Positions 9,878-20,791 of a DNA stretch of 64,000 nucleotides are shown piece after piece. The stretch is from assembly GCA_040771865.1 (NCBI GenBank), contig JAXGZF010000003.1, positions 434,001-498,000 on the forward strand, given 5' to 3'. The notes beneath the pieces are model-generated. The model saw only the letters and a program-made list of their open reading frames with translations, searched no databases and was not told the origin of the DNA. The position numbers and the translations under genes were made by a program. The stretch is from Desulfobacterales bacterium (GTDB taxonomy: Bacteria; Desulfobacterota; Desulfobacteria; Desulfobacterales; UBA2245). How positions within the stretch are numbered: position 1 is the first letter of the stretch; the number at the start of each line of letters is the position of its first letter.

Positions 9878-12706
9878 TCAGCTACAACCTTTCACCAGCA
9901 TTCTTTTCAGATACCGTCCCGTATGAGACTGCGCAAGGTCGGAGATCTGTTCCGGCGTGCCGACGCCGACCACCTCGCCGCCGCGCTCACCTCCCTCCGG
10001 TCCCAGGTCGATGATATGGTCGGCGCATTTGATCACGTCCAGGTTGTGCTCGATCACGATCACCGTGTTGCCCGCATCCCTCAGACGGTTCAGCACATGA
10101 AGCAGTTTGCGGATATCGTCGATGTGAAGCCCGGTGGTGGGTTCGTCAAGAATATAGACGGTTCTGCCGGTACTTTTGCGGCTCAGCTCGCGGGCCAGCT
10201 TGATCCGCTGAGCCTCTCCGCCGGAAAGGGTGACGGCGTTCTGGCCGATTTTAAGGTACCCCACGCCCACCTCGGCGAGTATCTCAAGCCGGGATCGAAT
10301 GGCGCCGATGTTGGCAAAAAAGGAAAGACACTGGTTGACGGTCATATCCAGGATCTCGGAAATGTTCAGCCCCTTGTAACGGATTTCCAGCGTTTCCCGG
10401 TTGTACCGTTTCCCCTGGCATACGTCGCAGGGAACGTACACGTCGGGCAGAAAATGCATTTCAATTCGAATGATGCCGTCTCCGCGGCACGATTCGCATC
10501 GGCCTCCCTTGACGTTGAAACTGAATCGGCCGGGCTTGTAGCCGCGAATGCGCGCCTCGGGGGTTCTGGCAAAAAGTTCGCGAATATCGGAGAAAACGCC
10601 GGTATAGGTACCCGGATTGGACCGCGGTGTCCTGCCGATCGGGCTCTGGTCGATGTGAACGACCTTGTCGATATGTTCCAGGCCATGAATATTTTCACAG
10701 GCCTTGGCGGGAACTCTGGACCGGTATAGGTGTTGGGACAGGGTCCGGTAAAGGGTTTCCAGAATCAGGGTGGATTTTCCGGATCCTGAAACGCCGGTAA
10801 CACAGATCAGACACCCCAGGGGAAAAGCCACGTCGATGTGTTTCAGGTTGTTCCGGCAGGCGCCCTGAATGAGAAGATACTTTCCGGATGAGTTTTTGCG
10901 GCATGCCGGCGTCTGAATGGATTTTTTTCCGGAAAGATACTGCCCGGTCAGGGAATGCGCATCCTGAAGCAGATTCGCGGGGGTGCCGGCAAAGACCACA
11001 TGCCCGCCCTGTACGCCGGCGCCGGGTCCCATGTCGACCACATAATCCGAGGCCCGGATGGTTTCCTCGTCGTGTTCCACAACGATTACGGTATTTCCCA
11101 GATCCCGCATGCGAAGCAGGCTTTCGATGAGCCGGCGGTTGTCCCTGGGGTGCAATCCGATGCTCGGTTCGTCCAGAACGTACAGCACTCCGGTCAGCCG
11201 GGCCCCGATCTGGGTGGCAAGGCGGATCCGCTGACTCTCTCCGCCGGAAAGGGTGTAGGCCGCTCGGTTCAGGGTCAGGTATTCTAAGCCCACGTCTTCC
11301 AGAAATTTCAGGCGCTGAGCGATCTCCCGGAGTATTCTTTCGGCAATGTGCCGCTTGCTTCCGTCCAGCGCCAGGTTCTCAAAAAACATGCGCGCTCCGG
11401 TTACCGTCTGAGCTGTGACTTCGGAGATATTCAGTCCACCTATCCTTACCGATAGACTCTGCCGTGTCAGCCGGGCGCCTTCGCATTCCGGGCAGGGCCT
11501 GAAGTTCATGTACTGCCGGATTTCCTCCCGGGCCTGCCCCGAATCGGTTTCAAGATAGCGGCGCCTGAGATTGGGAAGAATGCCCTCAAAGGGCTTTTCG
11601 TAGGTAAAGCGACGGGCGCCCTTTTCGAAATAAAAAGGAATTTTCTGTTCTCCGGAGCCGTTCATGATCACATTTCGAAAGGATACCGGCAGGTCTTCAA
11701 AAGGGGTATAGATGTCTGTGCCGTAGAAGCGCGTCAGGGCGTCGATGAATTCAACGAAACGAACGGTGTTCCGGCCGGCCCAGGGGGCAACGGCGCCTTC
11801 ACGCAGAGACAGTTTCGGGTTGGGAACAATCAGCTCCGGATCCAGTTCTGCGCTGACGCCGAGTCCGGCGCATTGCGGGCAGGCGCCCTGCGGAGAATTA
11901 AAGGAAAACGAAGCGGGCGTAAACGGGGGATAGCTGACGCCGCAGCGAATGCAGGCGGCTTTTTCGCTGAAAACAATCGGCGTTCCGCCGGCCACATCGA
12001 TGATCACCACACCGTCGGACTGGGACAGGGCCAGTTCAAGGGAGTCGGCCAGGCGGTTTCGAATCGCGGGCTTGACCACAAGACGGTCCACGACGGTTTC
12101 GATGTCATGCGGTTTAGTTCTGTCCAGCGGCGCCAGAGAATCGAGTTCATGTACGTTTCCGTCTATACGCACCCTGGAGAATCCGTCCTTGCGAAGGCGC
12201 CTGAAAAGGCGTTCAAAGTTTCCCTTCTGCGCAGTCGCCAAGGGAGCCAGAACCAGAATGCGGGTTCCCTCGTCCAGCGCCAGCACACGATCGACAATCT
12301 GATCGAGGCTTTGAGAGGCAATCGGAAGGCCGCACTGAAAACAATGCGCCATTCCGGCTCTGGCAAACAGCAGTCGAAGGTAGTCGTAGATCTCCGTGAC
12401 CGTGCCTACAGTGGAACGGGGATTATGGCTTGCGGTCTTCTGTTCGATGGCAATGGCAGGGGAGAGGCCTTCGATCGTGTCCACATCGGGTTTTTCCATC
12501 TGTTCGAGAAACTGGCGGGCATAGGCGGAAAGGGATTCGACGTACCGGCGCTGTCCTTCGGCGTAAAGGGTGTCAAAGGCCAGAGAGGATTTTCCGGACC
12601 CGGAAAGTCCGGTGATCACCACCAGCCGGTTCCGTGGAAGATCCAGATCGATGTTTTTCAGGTTGTGCTGCCGGGCGCCCCGGATGATGATATGATCCAG
12701 TTCCAT
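9878..12706 (-). CDS. uvrA: Excinuclease ABC subunit A
   Basis: [13 protein letters not shown], two ABC ATPase cassettes ([18 protein letters not shown]), zinc fingers; start placed at MELDH. Confidence 0.97.
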   Translation of the reverse strand: MELDHIIIRGARQHNLKNIDLDLPRNRLVVITGLSGSGKSSLAFDTLYAEGQRRYVESLSAYARQFLEQMEKPDVDTIEGLSPAIAIEQKTASHNPRSTVGTVTEIYDYLRLLFARAGMAHCFQCGLPIASQSLDQIVDRVLALDEGTRILVLAPLATAQKGNFERLFRRLRKDGFSRVRIDGNVHELDSLAPLDRTKPHDIETVVDRLVVKPAIRNRLADSLELALSQSDGVVIIDVAGGTPIVFSEKAACIRCGVSYPPFTPASFSFNSPQGACPQCAGLGVSAELDPELIVPNPKLSLREGAVAPWAGRNTVRFVEFIDALTRFYGTDIYTPFEDLPVSFRNVIMNGSGEQKIPFYFEKGARRFTYEKPFEGILPNLRRRYLETDSGQAREEIRQYMNFRPCPECEGARLTRQSLSVRIGGLNISEVTAQTVTGARMFFENLALDGSKRHIAERILREIAQRLKFLEDVGLEYLTLNRAAYTLSGGESQRIRLATQIGARLTGVLYVLDEPSIGLHPRDNRRLIESLLRMRDLGNTVIVVEHDEETIRASDYVVDMGPGAGVQGGHVVFAGTPANLLQDAHSLTGQYLSGKKSIQTPACRKNSSGKYLLIQGACRNNLKHIDVAFPLGCLICVTGVSGSGKSTLILETLYRTLSQHLYRSRVPAKACENIHGLEHIDKVVHIDQSPIGRTPRSNPGTYTGVFSDIRELFARTPEARIRGYKPGRFSFNVKGGRCESCRGDGIIRIEMHFLPDVYVPCDVCQGKRYNRETLEIRYKGLNISEILDMTVNQCLSFFANIGAIRSRLEILAEVGVGYLKIGQNAVTLSGGEAQRIKLARELSRKSTGRTVYILDEPTTGLHIDDIRKLLHVLNRLRDAGNTVIVIEHNLDVIKCADHIIDLGPEGGERGGEVVGVGTPEQISDLAQSHTGRYLKRMLVKGCS

Positions 12707-13269
12707 GATGATTGTTTCATATATCGGGTGGATTTCGGATGCAAGACCGGTTTGCATCCGCTCCGGGGGGTTCCGGTGCAATAGTGTGCAAAGAATTCCG
12801 TCGGTGAACTCAGAAACCGTTGCTTCCTGCATCTTTGTGAAACACGGACAAGAGCGGGGGATAAATATCATTCGACGAAGAGACCGCTGTGTTCGAAAAA
12901 CGAAGCGAATCGTAAAAAATTCAAGAAAAATCATAATGCGTCTTTGTCAACACGCTGTTGATAATCACTGATCTGGTTAAAATGCTTATGGAAAAATACA
13001 GGAAAAAAAAGGAAGTATTTAGAGAGGGTTGATGAATATTCAAATGAAATATAGAGTTAAAATAAATAGTTACAAATGTTGTCGTCTCGATTTGAAGTAT
13101 GGCCATAAAACGAATTTCTGAGATTTGACACCCTTTGAACAATCCTCTAATCAGTAGCTTCCATCGTCGCACAAGCCACTACGCCTTGCACCAACTGAGT
13201 GGCTTTTTGAAATTCAGATCAAAAGATCCCGTCAACATCCGTTAAAAATTTGATATAAGAGAAACTTCT

Positions 13270-14610
13270 ATGGAAGAGATTTGGCAGCAGGTTAAAAATT
13301 CAGTTAAATTTCAAATTCCCGGTCACAGCTTTCGAATGTGGATCGCACCCATAGAGTTTGGAAGCGCGGATGCCGACGATATTTTTTTACTTTGTCCCAA
13401 CCATTTCTCAAAAAAACGCGTCGAGGAGCAGTACGGGCCCCAGATTGCCGGAGAATTTCGGAAGACCACGGGCAGGGACTGTCGGTTGATTTTTGAGGTC
13501 AACAAGACTTGCGACAACGCCCAGTCAGACCCTCTTGATAGAGACCCGCAGCTGTTGCTGCCCCATATTCAGCCCCCCTGCGGCCGGTTGCTGCGCCGGG
13601 ATTTTACCTTTGACCGGTTTGTCGTGGGCGACAGCAATCATTTTGCCTATTCCGCGGCGGTTTCTCAGGCAACCGGAAATGGTAACGGCTCCAAGGCGCT
13701 CTTTCTTTTTTCCGGTACCGGCATGGGCAAAAGCCATCTGTCCCAGGCCATCGGTAATCATATTCTGTCCCAGGCGCCGTCGCAGCAGGTTTATTATATT
13801 ACCGCTGAAGACTTTACCAATGAAATGGTTCAGGCGCTTCGAACCGACGCCATTGCCGGGTTCAAGGAAAAATACCGGAATCAGTGCGATGTGCTGCTGC
13901 TGGAAGATGTACATTTCCTCACCGGAAAGGACCGGACCCAGGTCGAACTATCTTTGACGCTGGACTATCTTCTTGATGCGAAAAAGCGCATCATATTCAC
14001 CGGGTGTTACTGTCCCTCGGATATTCCCAAAATGAATGATCAGCTTAAATCCCGGCTTTCCGGAGGATTGGTTTCCAGTATCGAACCGCCGGACTATCCT
14101 ACCCGGATCAAGATACTTGAACGGAAAGCCCTGGACTTCGGGTATCAGGTATCCGGCGATGTGATTCATTATCTCGCCGGCGAGTTGACGGAAAACATCC
14201 GTCAGCTGGAAAGCGGCCTGATCGGTCTGACAGCCCGCTCTTCCCTGCTCAATACGTCGATTGATCTGAAGCTGGCCGAAAGCGTGGTCCTTCATCTGGC
14301 AAGAAAACGAGAATCCGTAACGATTGACGGCATCAAGAAACTGGTCTGCAGGAAATTCGGCATATCGGTTCAGGATATCGTTTCCAAGTCCCGAAAACAG
14401 AATCTCGTGCGGCCCCGGCAGATCGCCATTTATCTGTCCCGCCGTTACACTCACGAGCCGCTTCAGGCGATCGGCAGAAGCTTCAACCGGTATCACGCCA
14501 CCGCCCTTCACTCCATCAATGCCGTAGAAAGAGGCATTAAAACCAGCACATCCCTGAGAAGACAGGTGGAACTGCTCTGCCGGGACCTGGAATCTTCGCA
14601 AGGCGAATGA
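13270..14610 (+). CDS. dnaA: DnaA-family initiator paralogue with all four domains
   Basis: FTFDRFVVG, GTGMGKSHL, LKSRL, NIRQLE, RPRQIAIYL; no dnaN/gyrB neighbours and divergent domain IV. Confidence 0.85.
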   Translation: MEEIWQQVKNSVKFQIPGHSFRMWIAPIEFGSADADDIFLLCPNHFSKKRVEEQYGPQIAGEFRKTTGRDCRLIFEVNKTCDNAQSDPLDRDPQLLLPHIQPPCGRLLRRDFTFDRFVVGDSNHFAYSAAVSQATGNGNGSKALFLFSGTGMGKSHLSQAIGNHILSQAPSQQVYYITAEDFTNEMVQALRTDAIAGFKEKYRNQCDVLLLEDVHFLTGKDRTQVELSLTLDYLLDAKKRIIFTGCYCPSDIPKMNDQLKSRLSGGLVSSIEPPDYPTRIKILERKALDFGYQVSGDVIHYLAGELTENIRQLESGLIGLTARSSLLNTSIDLKLAESVVLHLARKRESVTIDGIKKLVCRKFGISVQDIVSKSRKQNLVRPRQIAIYLSRRYTHEPLQAIGRSFNRYHATALHSINAVERGIKTSTSLRRQVELLCRDLESSQGE

Positions 14611-14684
14611 CCCGTCGAGCTTTGACAGGAGTTTCGATGTTGCGCTGAATCCAGCAGACCGCGCGGCATGTTTTGGAAAATTCA

Positions 14685-16052
14685 ATGGATCAGGTTTTTG
14701 ATAAACTCCAGGCGGTTGTCGGTAAGGCGCATTGCTCCCGGAAGAAGGAGGACTGCCTGTGTTATGCTTATGACGCCACGGGACAGATATTTGTTCCGGA
14801 TGCCGTCGTATTTCCAGAATCCGCCGTTCAGGCAGCCGCAATATTCAAACTGGCCGACCAATATGGATTTTTTGTCATTCCCCGGGGGGGCGGTTCCGGG
14901 CTGACCGGGGGGTCTCTGCCGGTTCAGGGCGGCGTGGTGATGACTATGAGCCGCATGAACCGGATTCTGGACATCGACACAGACAATTGTATTGCTAAAG
15001 CTCAGCCAGGAGTGATCACCGCGCATTTTCATGCGGCCGTGGAATCCAGAGGGCTTTTTTACCCTCCGGATCCGGCGAGTTCGGAATTTTCAACCCTCGG
15101 CGGAAATCTGGCCGAATGCGCCGGAGGACCCCGTGCCGTCAAGTACGGCGTGACGCGGGATTATGTTCTGGGTCTGGAGGCGGTTCTTCCGACCGGGGAG
15201 ATCATTCATACCGGCGTTCAGACGGCAAAGGGGGTTGTGGGCTACGATCTGACGCGTTTGATTGTGGGCTCGGAAGGCACTCTGGCTCTTGTCACAGAGA
15301 TGACGCTGCGCCTTTTGCCGCTTCCCGAAGCCCGGCGCACCATGACGGCGGCTTTCGATCAGATGGAAAGCGCTGCCGAGGCGGTTTCCGAGATCATTCG
15401 AAGTGCCGTTGTGCCGCGAACCATCGAGTTTATGGACCGTGCATCCATTCGCTGCGTCGAGGCGTATCTGAATATCGGACTGCCTTCGGCCGGAGCGCTT
15501 CTGCTCATCGAGGTGGACGGCAAGCGGACCGGTCTGGAAGAGGATGTTCAAAAGATTCAGCGTATTTGCCGGGCCAGGGGTGCTGAGGTACGGACAGCGG
15601 AAAACACAGAACAGGCGGCCGATTTGTGGAAAGCCCGAAAGGCGGTGTCTCCGGCCCTGTACCGGTATCGTCCGGATAAAATCAACGAAGATATCGTCGT
15701 CCCCCGCAGCCGGATACCGGATATGGTTCGAAGGATAGAGAAGCTGCGGGAAGAGACCGGATTGATGATGGTCTGTTTCGGCCACGCTGGAGACGGAAAC
15801 ATTCACTTTACCATTATGCTCGACAGGCGGAATGCCGAAGAAGTCCACAAAGCCGAGGGGGCGGTTGCGACGGTTTTCGATTATACCCTGGAACTGGGCG
15901 GGACGATTTCAGGCGAGCATGGAATCGGCATTGTCAAGCTGCCTTTTATCGGCAAGGAGATCGGCGAGGTTGAAATGGCGCTGATGCGCGGAATTAAAAA
16001 AATTTTCGATCCGAAGGGAATTTTGAATCCTGGAAAGATCTTCGTCCGGTGA
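14685..16052 (+). CDS. FAD-binding oxidase, GlcD/D-lactate dehydrogenase family
   Basis: PRGGGSGLTGG, YPPDPAS, GHAGDGNIH, GEHGIG, LNPGK. Confidence 0.9.
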   Translation: MDQVFDKLQAVVGKAHCSRKKEDCLCYAYDATGQIFVPDAVVFPESAVQAAAIFKLADQYGFFVIPRGGGSGLTGGSLPVQGGVVMTMSRMNRILDIDTDNCIAKAQPGVITAHFHAAVESRGLFYPPDPASSEFSTLGGNLAECAGGPRAVKYGVTRDYVLGLEAVLPTGEIIHTGVQTAKGVVGYDLTRLIVGSEGTLALVTEMTLRLLPLPEARRTMTAAFDQMESAAEAVSEIIRSAVVPRTIEFMDRASIRCVEAYLNIGLPSAGALLLIEVDGKRTGLEEDVQKIQRICRARGAEVRTAENTEQAADLWKARKAVSPALYRYRPDKINEDIVVPRSRIPDMVRRIEKLREETGLMMVCFGHAGDGNIHFTIMLDRRNAEEVHKAEGAVATVFDYTLELGGTISGEHGIGIVKLPFIGKEIGEVEMALMRGIKKIFDPKGILNPGKIFVR

Positions 16053-16073
16053 CGGGCGGAATGCGTGGCACGA

Positions 16074-16271
16074 TTACTGAATTTTCAGGGAGATGCCGTC
16101 AAAAACCATCAGTTCTTCGATAATGTCCATCTGATAATTTTCACTGCGCTCGATGGCGCAGCGAAGCTTCAGGGCGCAGTACTTCTTGCAGACCATATCG
16201 TTGCCGTCGAATTCTCCCAGACATCCGCAATGGTCGTCGCATTGAATGGCGTCCTTCAAGGTTTTTTTCAT
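16074..16271 (-). CDS. Small Cys-rich hypothetical protein
   Basis: 65 aa with several Cys; co-oriented downstream of suhB with an RBS-like GGAAGGA. Confidence 0.6.
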   Translation of the reverse strand: MKKTLKDAIQCDDHCGCLGEFDGNDMVCKKYCALKLRCAIERSENYQMDIIEELMVFDGISLKIQ

Positions 16272-16296
16272 TGATCATTCCTTCCCGTTGAGGCTG

Positions 16297-17076
16297 TTAC
16301 TGCTGATTTAGCAAGGTCATCATTTGTGCATGAATATGACCGTTGCTGGCCAGAATCCGGTTCATATCCGGCGTAAATGCATTTCCCGAGAAATCCGTAA
16401 TTCTGGCGCCGGCTTCCCTCGCGATCAGCATGCCCGCGGCGGTGTCCCAGGGTTTCAGGTTCTGTTCCCAGAATCCGTCAAAACGACCGCTCGCCACATA
16501 ACAGAGATCCAGGGCTGCCGAACCGAGCCGACGTACTCCCTGGCAGGCCTGCAGACAGTTTGAAAAACGACGCATCAGGGGGTCGATCATGGTTTTCAGA
16601 TCGTACGGAAATCCGGTAACGAGCAGGCTTTCCGAAACGTCGCGCGTTGCGGAAACCCTTACCGGATGGTCGTTGAGAAAAGCGCCCTGGCCGGTCGCCG
16701 CGGAAAACAGTTCGCCTGAAGCCGGGTTGAATACGATGCCGAGCACGACCTGATTCTGATACGCCAAGGCAATGGATACCGAAAAAATCGGCAGACCGTG
16801 AGAAAAATTCGTGGTGCCGTCCAGAGGATCAATGATCCATTGGCAGGGACTTTTCCCTGGATTTCGACCGCTTTCTTCCGCCAGTATGCCATGGTCGGGA
16901 TGTTTGCTGCGTATCGTCCGGATGATGGCCGCTTCGCATTCCGTATCCGCTTCGGTCACCAGATCGATGGCGCCTTTTTTTTCGACCCGGAATATATTTC
17001 CGAATCGGAAGCGAAGGATTTCACCCCCTTGTTTGGCGGCAGTCAGGCCGACGGCTTTCAAGGCATCCAGATCCAT
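16297..17076 (-). CDS. suhB: Inositol monophosphatase family protein
   Basis: DLVTEAD, WIIDPLDGTTNF, GSAALDLC, WDTAAG. Confidence 0.92.
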   Translation of the reverse strand: MDLDALKAVGLTAAKQGGEILRFRFGNIFRVEKKGAIDLVTEADTECEAAIIRTIRSKHPDHGILAEESGRNPGKSPCQWIIDPLDGTTNFSHGLPIFSVSIALAYQNQVVLGIVFNPASGELFSAATGQGAFLNDHPVRVSATRDVSESLLVTGFPYDLKTMIDPLMRRFSNCLQACQGVRRLGSAALDLCYVASGRFDGFWEQNLKPWDTAAGMLIAREAGARITDFSGNAFTPDMNRILASNGHIHAQMMTLLNQQ

Positions 17077-17111
17077 AGAATTTAAGCCATACTCTTTTTG
17101 CCGAGGCACTG

Positions 17112-18800
17112 TCAAGCTTCAATCTTGTTCGGATCAATTTTCGGTTGGGGTTCTGAAGCAGGCGGGCCTTTTATTCGAATTTCAGAAATTCTGGTCGCCA
17201 TAATTTCGATCAGTCTTACCAGACTGTTTTGATCCTTTGCACAGACGGCTACGCCGTCAAGGGTTCTGCTCAGAACATCGACTGTTTCTGAAGGTACCAG
17301 ATCCATCTTGTTCAAAACGCGCAGAACGGGGATGTCTTGAAGGCCGAGCTCCTCGAGAATGGTCTCCACGGATCGGATCTGCGCTTCGAACCTTGAATTG
17401 CTGATATCGATGACATGCAGCAGGAGATCGGCGTTTTCCAGTTCTTCAAGGGTCGCCCGGAATGCCGTGCGCAGTTCTTTTGGAAGGTCTTTGATAAAGC
17501 CGACCGTATCCGTGATGATCACCTCCATGTCCCTGGGGAACCTCATGCGGCGACTGGAAGGGTCCAGAGTGGCAAAAAGCCGGTTTTCTACCAGAACCCG
17601 GCTGTGGGTCAGCGTGTTGAGCAGGGTGGATTTCCCGGCATTGGTGTAGCCGACGATGGAGATGATCGGCGCCTCGCGTTTGTTGCGCCTTGATTTTTGG
17701 ATGGATCGGCGCTTCCGAACCTCGCCGAGGGATTTTTCCAGGCGGGCGATGCGCTCGCGGACCCGCCGCCGGTTGATCTCGAGTTTGGTTTCTCCGGGGC
17801 CCCGGCCGCCGATGCCGCCGGTCAGCCGCGACATGGCCGTGTTTTTGAGGACAAGCCGCGGCAGCAGATACTTGAGCTGGGCCAGTTCGACCTGAATTCG
17901 GCCTTCGCGGCTTTGCGCCCGTTGCGCGAAGATGTCGAGTATCAGCTGGGTCCGGTCGATCACCTTCAGTTCGATCCGATCGGTAATCGATCGAATCTGA
18001 GACGGGTTGAGTTCCTGATCAAAGACAATCAGGGTGGCACCGGTCTGAAGGGCGGTCAGGGCGAGTTCCTGAATCTTGCCAGATCCCAGCAGATATCTGG
18101 GGTCGGTTCTGCTGCGCTGCTGAATGATGGCGTCGATCACTGAAATGCCGCAGGATTGAGCCAGCTCCTCAAGCTCGGCCAGAGATTCCATGGCTGCCTG
18201 TCTGGATTGAGTGGATACGCTCACCAGAAGCGCCCTTTCCTCGGTTTTTGATGTCCGCCGGGATAAAACGGCCTGGCTCAGTTCGGCTTCCAAAGACAGA
18301 ATCAGCTCCAGGCAGCCGATGCGAAGCTCATTCGGACGTAATGGCTTCATGATTTCGCAGGGAGTTTGTCCGGTGGCGCCGGGAATAATGTAGGCCGCAT
18401 GAATCCAGTCAACCTCGCCTTCTTCTGTCAGGGTTGCGGCGGCTATCATATCCAGGCGGAGCAGCGCCAGATCGCTCAAATCCTCCTGAGTGAGGGGTTC
18501 TCCAGCAAGGTGGGTGTGGACGCACCTGAGCCCTCTCAGTCGACCGGGAGCGATCCGGTAGTCGCTCAAATCCGGAATGACGATTCCCTCACGGTCCCCG
18601 ACAATGATGTGATCCATGGTCCCCTGGCGGTTGATGGTGACGCCGAGCTGGCGATGGATTTCAGAAGAAAGCCGCGCCATATCGCGGATCAGCTCCGGAG
18701 TAATCAGAGCTTCCGGAGGTATCCGCCTCCGGTAGAGATTCTGAAGCCTGCGGAGTTGTCCGGCTTTAAGGCCCGCGGTGTTTCCTAAAACTGGTTTCAT
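17112..18800 (-). CDS. hflX: GTPase HflX with N-terminal extension
   Basis: GPGETKLE, GYTNAGKST, LFATLD, DTVGF, NKMD. Confidence 0.95.
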   Translation of the reverse strand: MKPVLGNTAGLKAGQLRRLQNLYRRRIPPEALITPELIRDMARLSSEIHRQLGVTINRQGTMDHIIVGDREGIVIPDLSDYRIAPGRLRGLRCVHTHLAGEPLTQEDLSDLALLRLDMIAAATLTEEGEVDWIHAAYIIPGATGQTPCEIMKPLRPNELRIGCLELILSLEAELSQAVLSRRTSKTEERALLVSVSTQSRQAAMESLAELEELAQSCGISVIDAIIQQRSRTDPRYLLGSGKIQELALTALQTGATLIVFDQELNPSQIRSITDRIELKVIDRTQLILDIFAQRAQSREGRIQVELAQLKYLLPRLVLKNTAMSRLTGGIGGRGPGETKLEINRRRVRERIARLEKSLGEVRKRRSIQKSRRNKREAPIISIVGYTNAGKSTLLNTLTHSRVLVENRLFATLDPSSRRMRFPRDMEVIITDTVGFIKDLPKELRTAFRATLEELENADLLLHVIDISNSRFEAQIRSVETILEELGLQDIPVLRVLNKMDLVPSETVDVLSRTLDGVAVCAKDQNSLVRLIEIMATRISEIRIKGPPASEPQPKIDPNKIEA

Positions 18801-18848
18801 GTATTCCGAATAATGCGGTATGCTGATTTTTTTAATCGAATCAAACGC

Positions 18849-20228
18849 TTATTCATGAACGCCCGGTGCGTGACCGAAGGCCTGATTTTCAAAACGGGTA
18901 CAGGAATTCAGAAAGGTCAGATGAACGGTGTCGACGGGTCCGTTCCGGTGCTTGGCCAGAATGATTTCGGCCTTTCCCCGATTGGGGTTGTTGGGATCCT
19001 TGTTGTAAACCTCGTCCCGGTAGATGAAGGCCACGAGGTCCGCGTCCTGCTCCAGCGCCCCCGATTCCCTGAGGTCGGACAGCTGGGGACGCTTGTCGCT
19101 TCGTTCTTCCAGTTTCCGGTTAAGCTGGGACAGGGCTACCACCGGAAGGTTGAGTTCCTTGGCCAGGGCCTTGAGAGACCTCGAAATTTCCGAGATTTCC
19201 AGATCGCGGCGCTCGCTGTTCTGGCGAGACTTCATCAACTGAACATAGTCGATGACGATCAGGCCCAGATTTTTTTCCATCTTCAGCCGGCGGGCCTTGG
19301 CCCGGATTTCCATGGCCGATATGTCGGCGGTGTCGTCGATATAGATCGGCGCCTTGTAAAAAACATTACCAGCATCATCTAACCTGCTCATATCGTTGTC
19401 GGTCACGAATCCGCCCCGAAGGCGACTCGAGTCGATTCTGGCCTCGGCGCAGAGAAGGCGCATGGTCAGCTGTTCTTTGGACATTTCCAGAGAAAATAAG
19501 GCCGTGGGAACCTTGGCTTCGACGGCGGCGTTTCGGGCGATGTTCAGCGCAAAGGTGGTTTTTCCCATGCTGGGCCGGGCGGCAAGGATAATCAGATCTG
19601 AATTCTGAAACCCAGAGGTCAGTTGATCCAGTTTGGTGAAACCCGTGGCAACGCCGGTGATCAGCGTCTTGTCAGCCTTACGCTTCATAATGGCGTCTAT
19701 GCTTTTGTCCACCAGGTCTTTTATGGTGTAAAAGGACGGGCTGATCTTATTTTCGGCGATTCTGAAAATCTCGTTTTCGGCGAAATCAATAATATCCTCG
19801 GCCCGTTCCCTGTCTTCCAGGCAGAGCCTGACAATATCCTGGGATTTTTCGATCAGCTGACGCAGGCAGGCTTTTTCATGGACGATCTGGGCATAATGCC
19901 GGCAGTTGACCGCCAGAGGAACCGAATCCACCAGGGAGGCAAGATGGGCTGCGCCTCCGATTTCCTCGAGCTCGCCCCGCTGTTTTAAAATATTGGCCAG
20001 GGTGATCAAATCCACCGGATCATTCCGGTTGAAGAGCTCGCAGATGGCGGAGAATATCTTCCTGTGCCCGGGTTTGTAAAAATCTTCGTCCCGAAGCACG
20101 CCGATGACATCCAGCAGGGCGTTGTTGTTGATCAGAATCGCGCTGAGAATGGATTCCTCGGCTTCCAGATTCTGGGGCGGAACATGGTAGAGCGAGGGGT
20201 CTTTTTCGGGTTTTCGGGTTTCCGTCAT
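18849..20228 (-). CDS. dnaB: Replicative DNA helicase
   Basis: PPQNLEAEESIL, AARPSMGKT, SLEM, LSDLRESGALEQDAD, AKHRNG. Confidence 0.97.
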   Translation of the reverse strand: MTETRKPEKDPSLYHVPPQNLEAEESILSAILINNNALLDVIGVLRDEDFYKPGHRKIFSAICELFNRNDPVDLITLANILKQRGELEEIGGAAHLASLVDSVPLAVNCRHYAQIVHEKACLRQLIEKSQDIVRLCLEDRERAEDIIDFAENEIFRIAENKISPSFYTIKDLVDKSIDAIMKRKADKTLITGVATGFTKLDQLTSGFQNSDLIILAARPSMGKTTFALNIARNAAVEAKVPTALFSLEMSKEQLTMRLLCAEARIDSSRLRGGFVTDNDMSRLDDAGNVFYKAPIYIDDTADISAMEIRAKARRLKMEKNLGLIVIDYVQLMKSRQNSERRDLEISEISRSLKALAKELNLPVVALSQLNRKLEERSDKRPQLSDLRESGALEQDADLVAFIYRDEVYNKDPNNPNRGKAEIILAKHRNGPVDTVHLTFLNSCTRFENQAFGHAPGVHE

Positions 20229-20339
20229 GACATCCGTGGTGTGCGGGCGCCCCATTCTGCGCCGAAAGAAATTTCCGGCGCAGAATGGGGGCAATTTCAA
20301 AGGTTATTCAGGGTTTCTTCAGGAACTTCAATGGACTGT

Positions 20340-20786
20340 TTACGCAGGCACGACCTCAATGGTAATGACCGGTTTGACGCCCTTGTAGACGCGAATGGGA
20401 ATCTGGTAAGTGCCCAGAGCCTTGATCGGCTCTTCCAGAAGAATCATTCGTTTTTCCACCTCAATGCCCTGTCCGGCAAGGGCTTCTGCGATTTCCCGTA
20501 CGGAAACCGAGCCGTAAAGCCGGTCTTCCTCGCTGACCTTGGATTCGATTCTGCAGGTCACGCCTTCAAGACGCCTGGCCATTTCTTCAGCCGTTTCGCG
20601 TTCCCTGGCCTGCTGCAGCTCCAGTTTTGCCCTGGCCTGTTCGATCAGGTTGCGGTTCTGGGGGGTTGCCAGAACGGCCTTTTTCCTGGGAAGAAGATAG
20701 TTTCGAGCGTAGCCGTCGGCCACATTGACCTCTTTGCCGATGATTCCCAGGGATTCTACTGTTTCCATTAATATGACTTTAACCAT
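20340..20786 (-). CDS. rplI: 50S ribosomal protein L9
   Basis: VKVIL, GYARNYLLP, LYGSV. Confidence 0.97.
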   Translation of the reverse strand: MVKVILMETVESLGIIGKEVNVADGYARNYLLPRKKAVLATPQNRNLIEQARAKLELQQARERETAEEMARRLEGVTCRIESKVSEEDRLYGSVSVREIAEALAGQGIEVEKRMILLEEPIKALGTYQIPIRVYKGVKPVITIEVVPA

Positions 20787-20791
20787 TTTTA

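Noticed and set aside
12707..12934. 76-aa N-terminal extension of UvrA in the ORF track
   Set aside because: Homology begins at [12 protein letters not shown]; the upstream part is probably untranslated.
12930..13269. Chromosomal oriC next to dnaA
   Set aside because: AT-rich, but no cluster of TTATCCACA boxes and no dnaN/gyrB/rpmH context.
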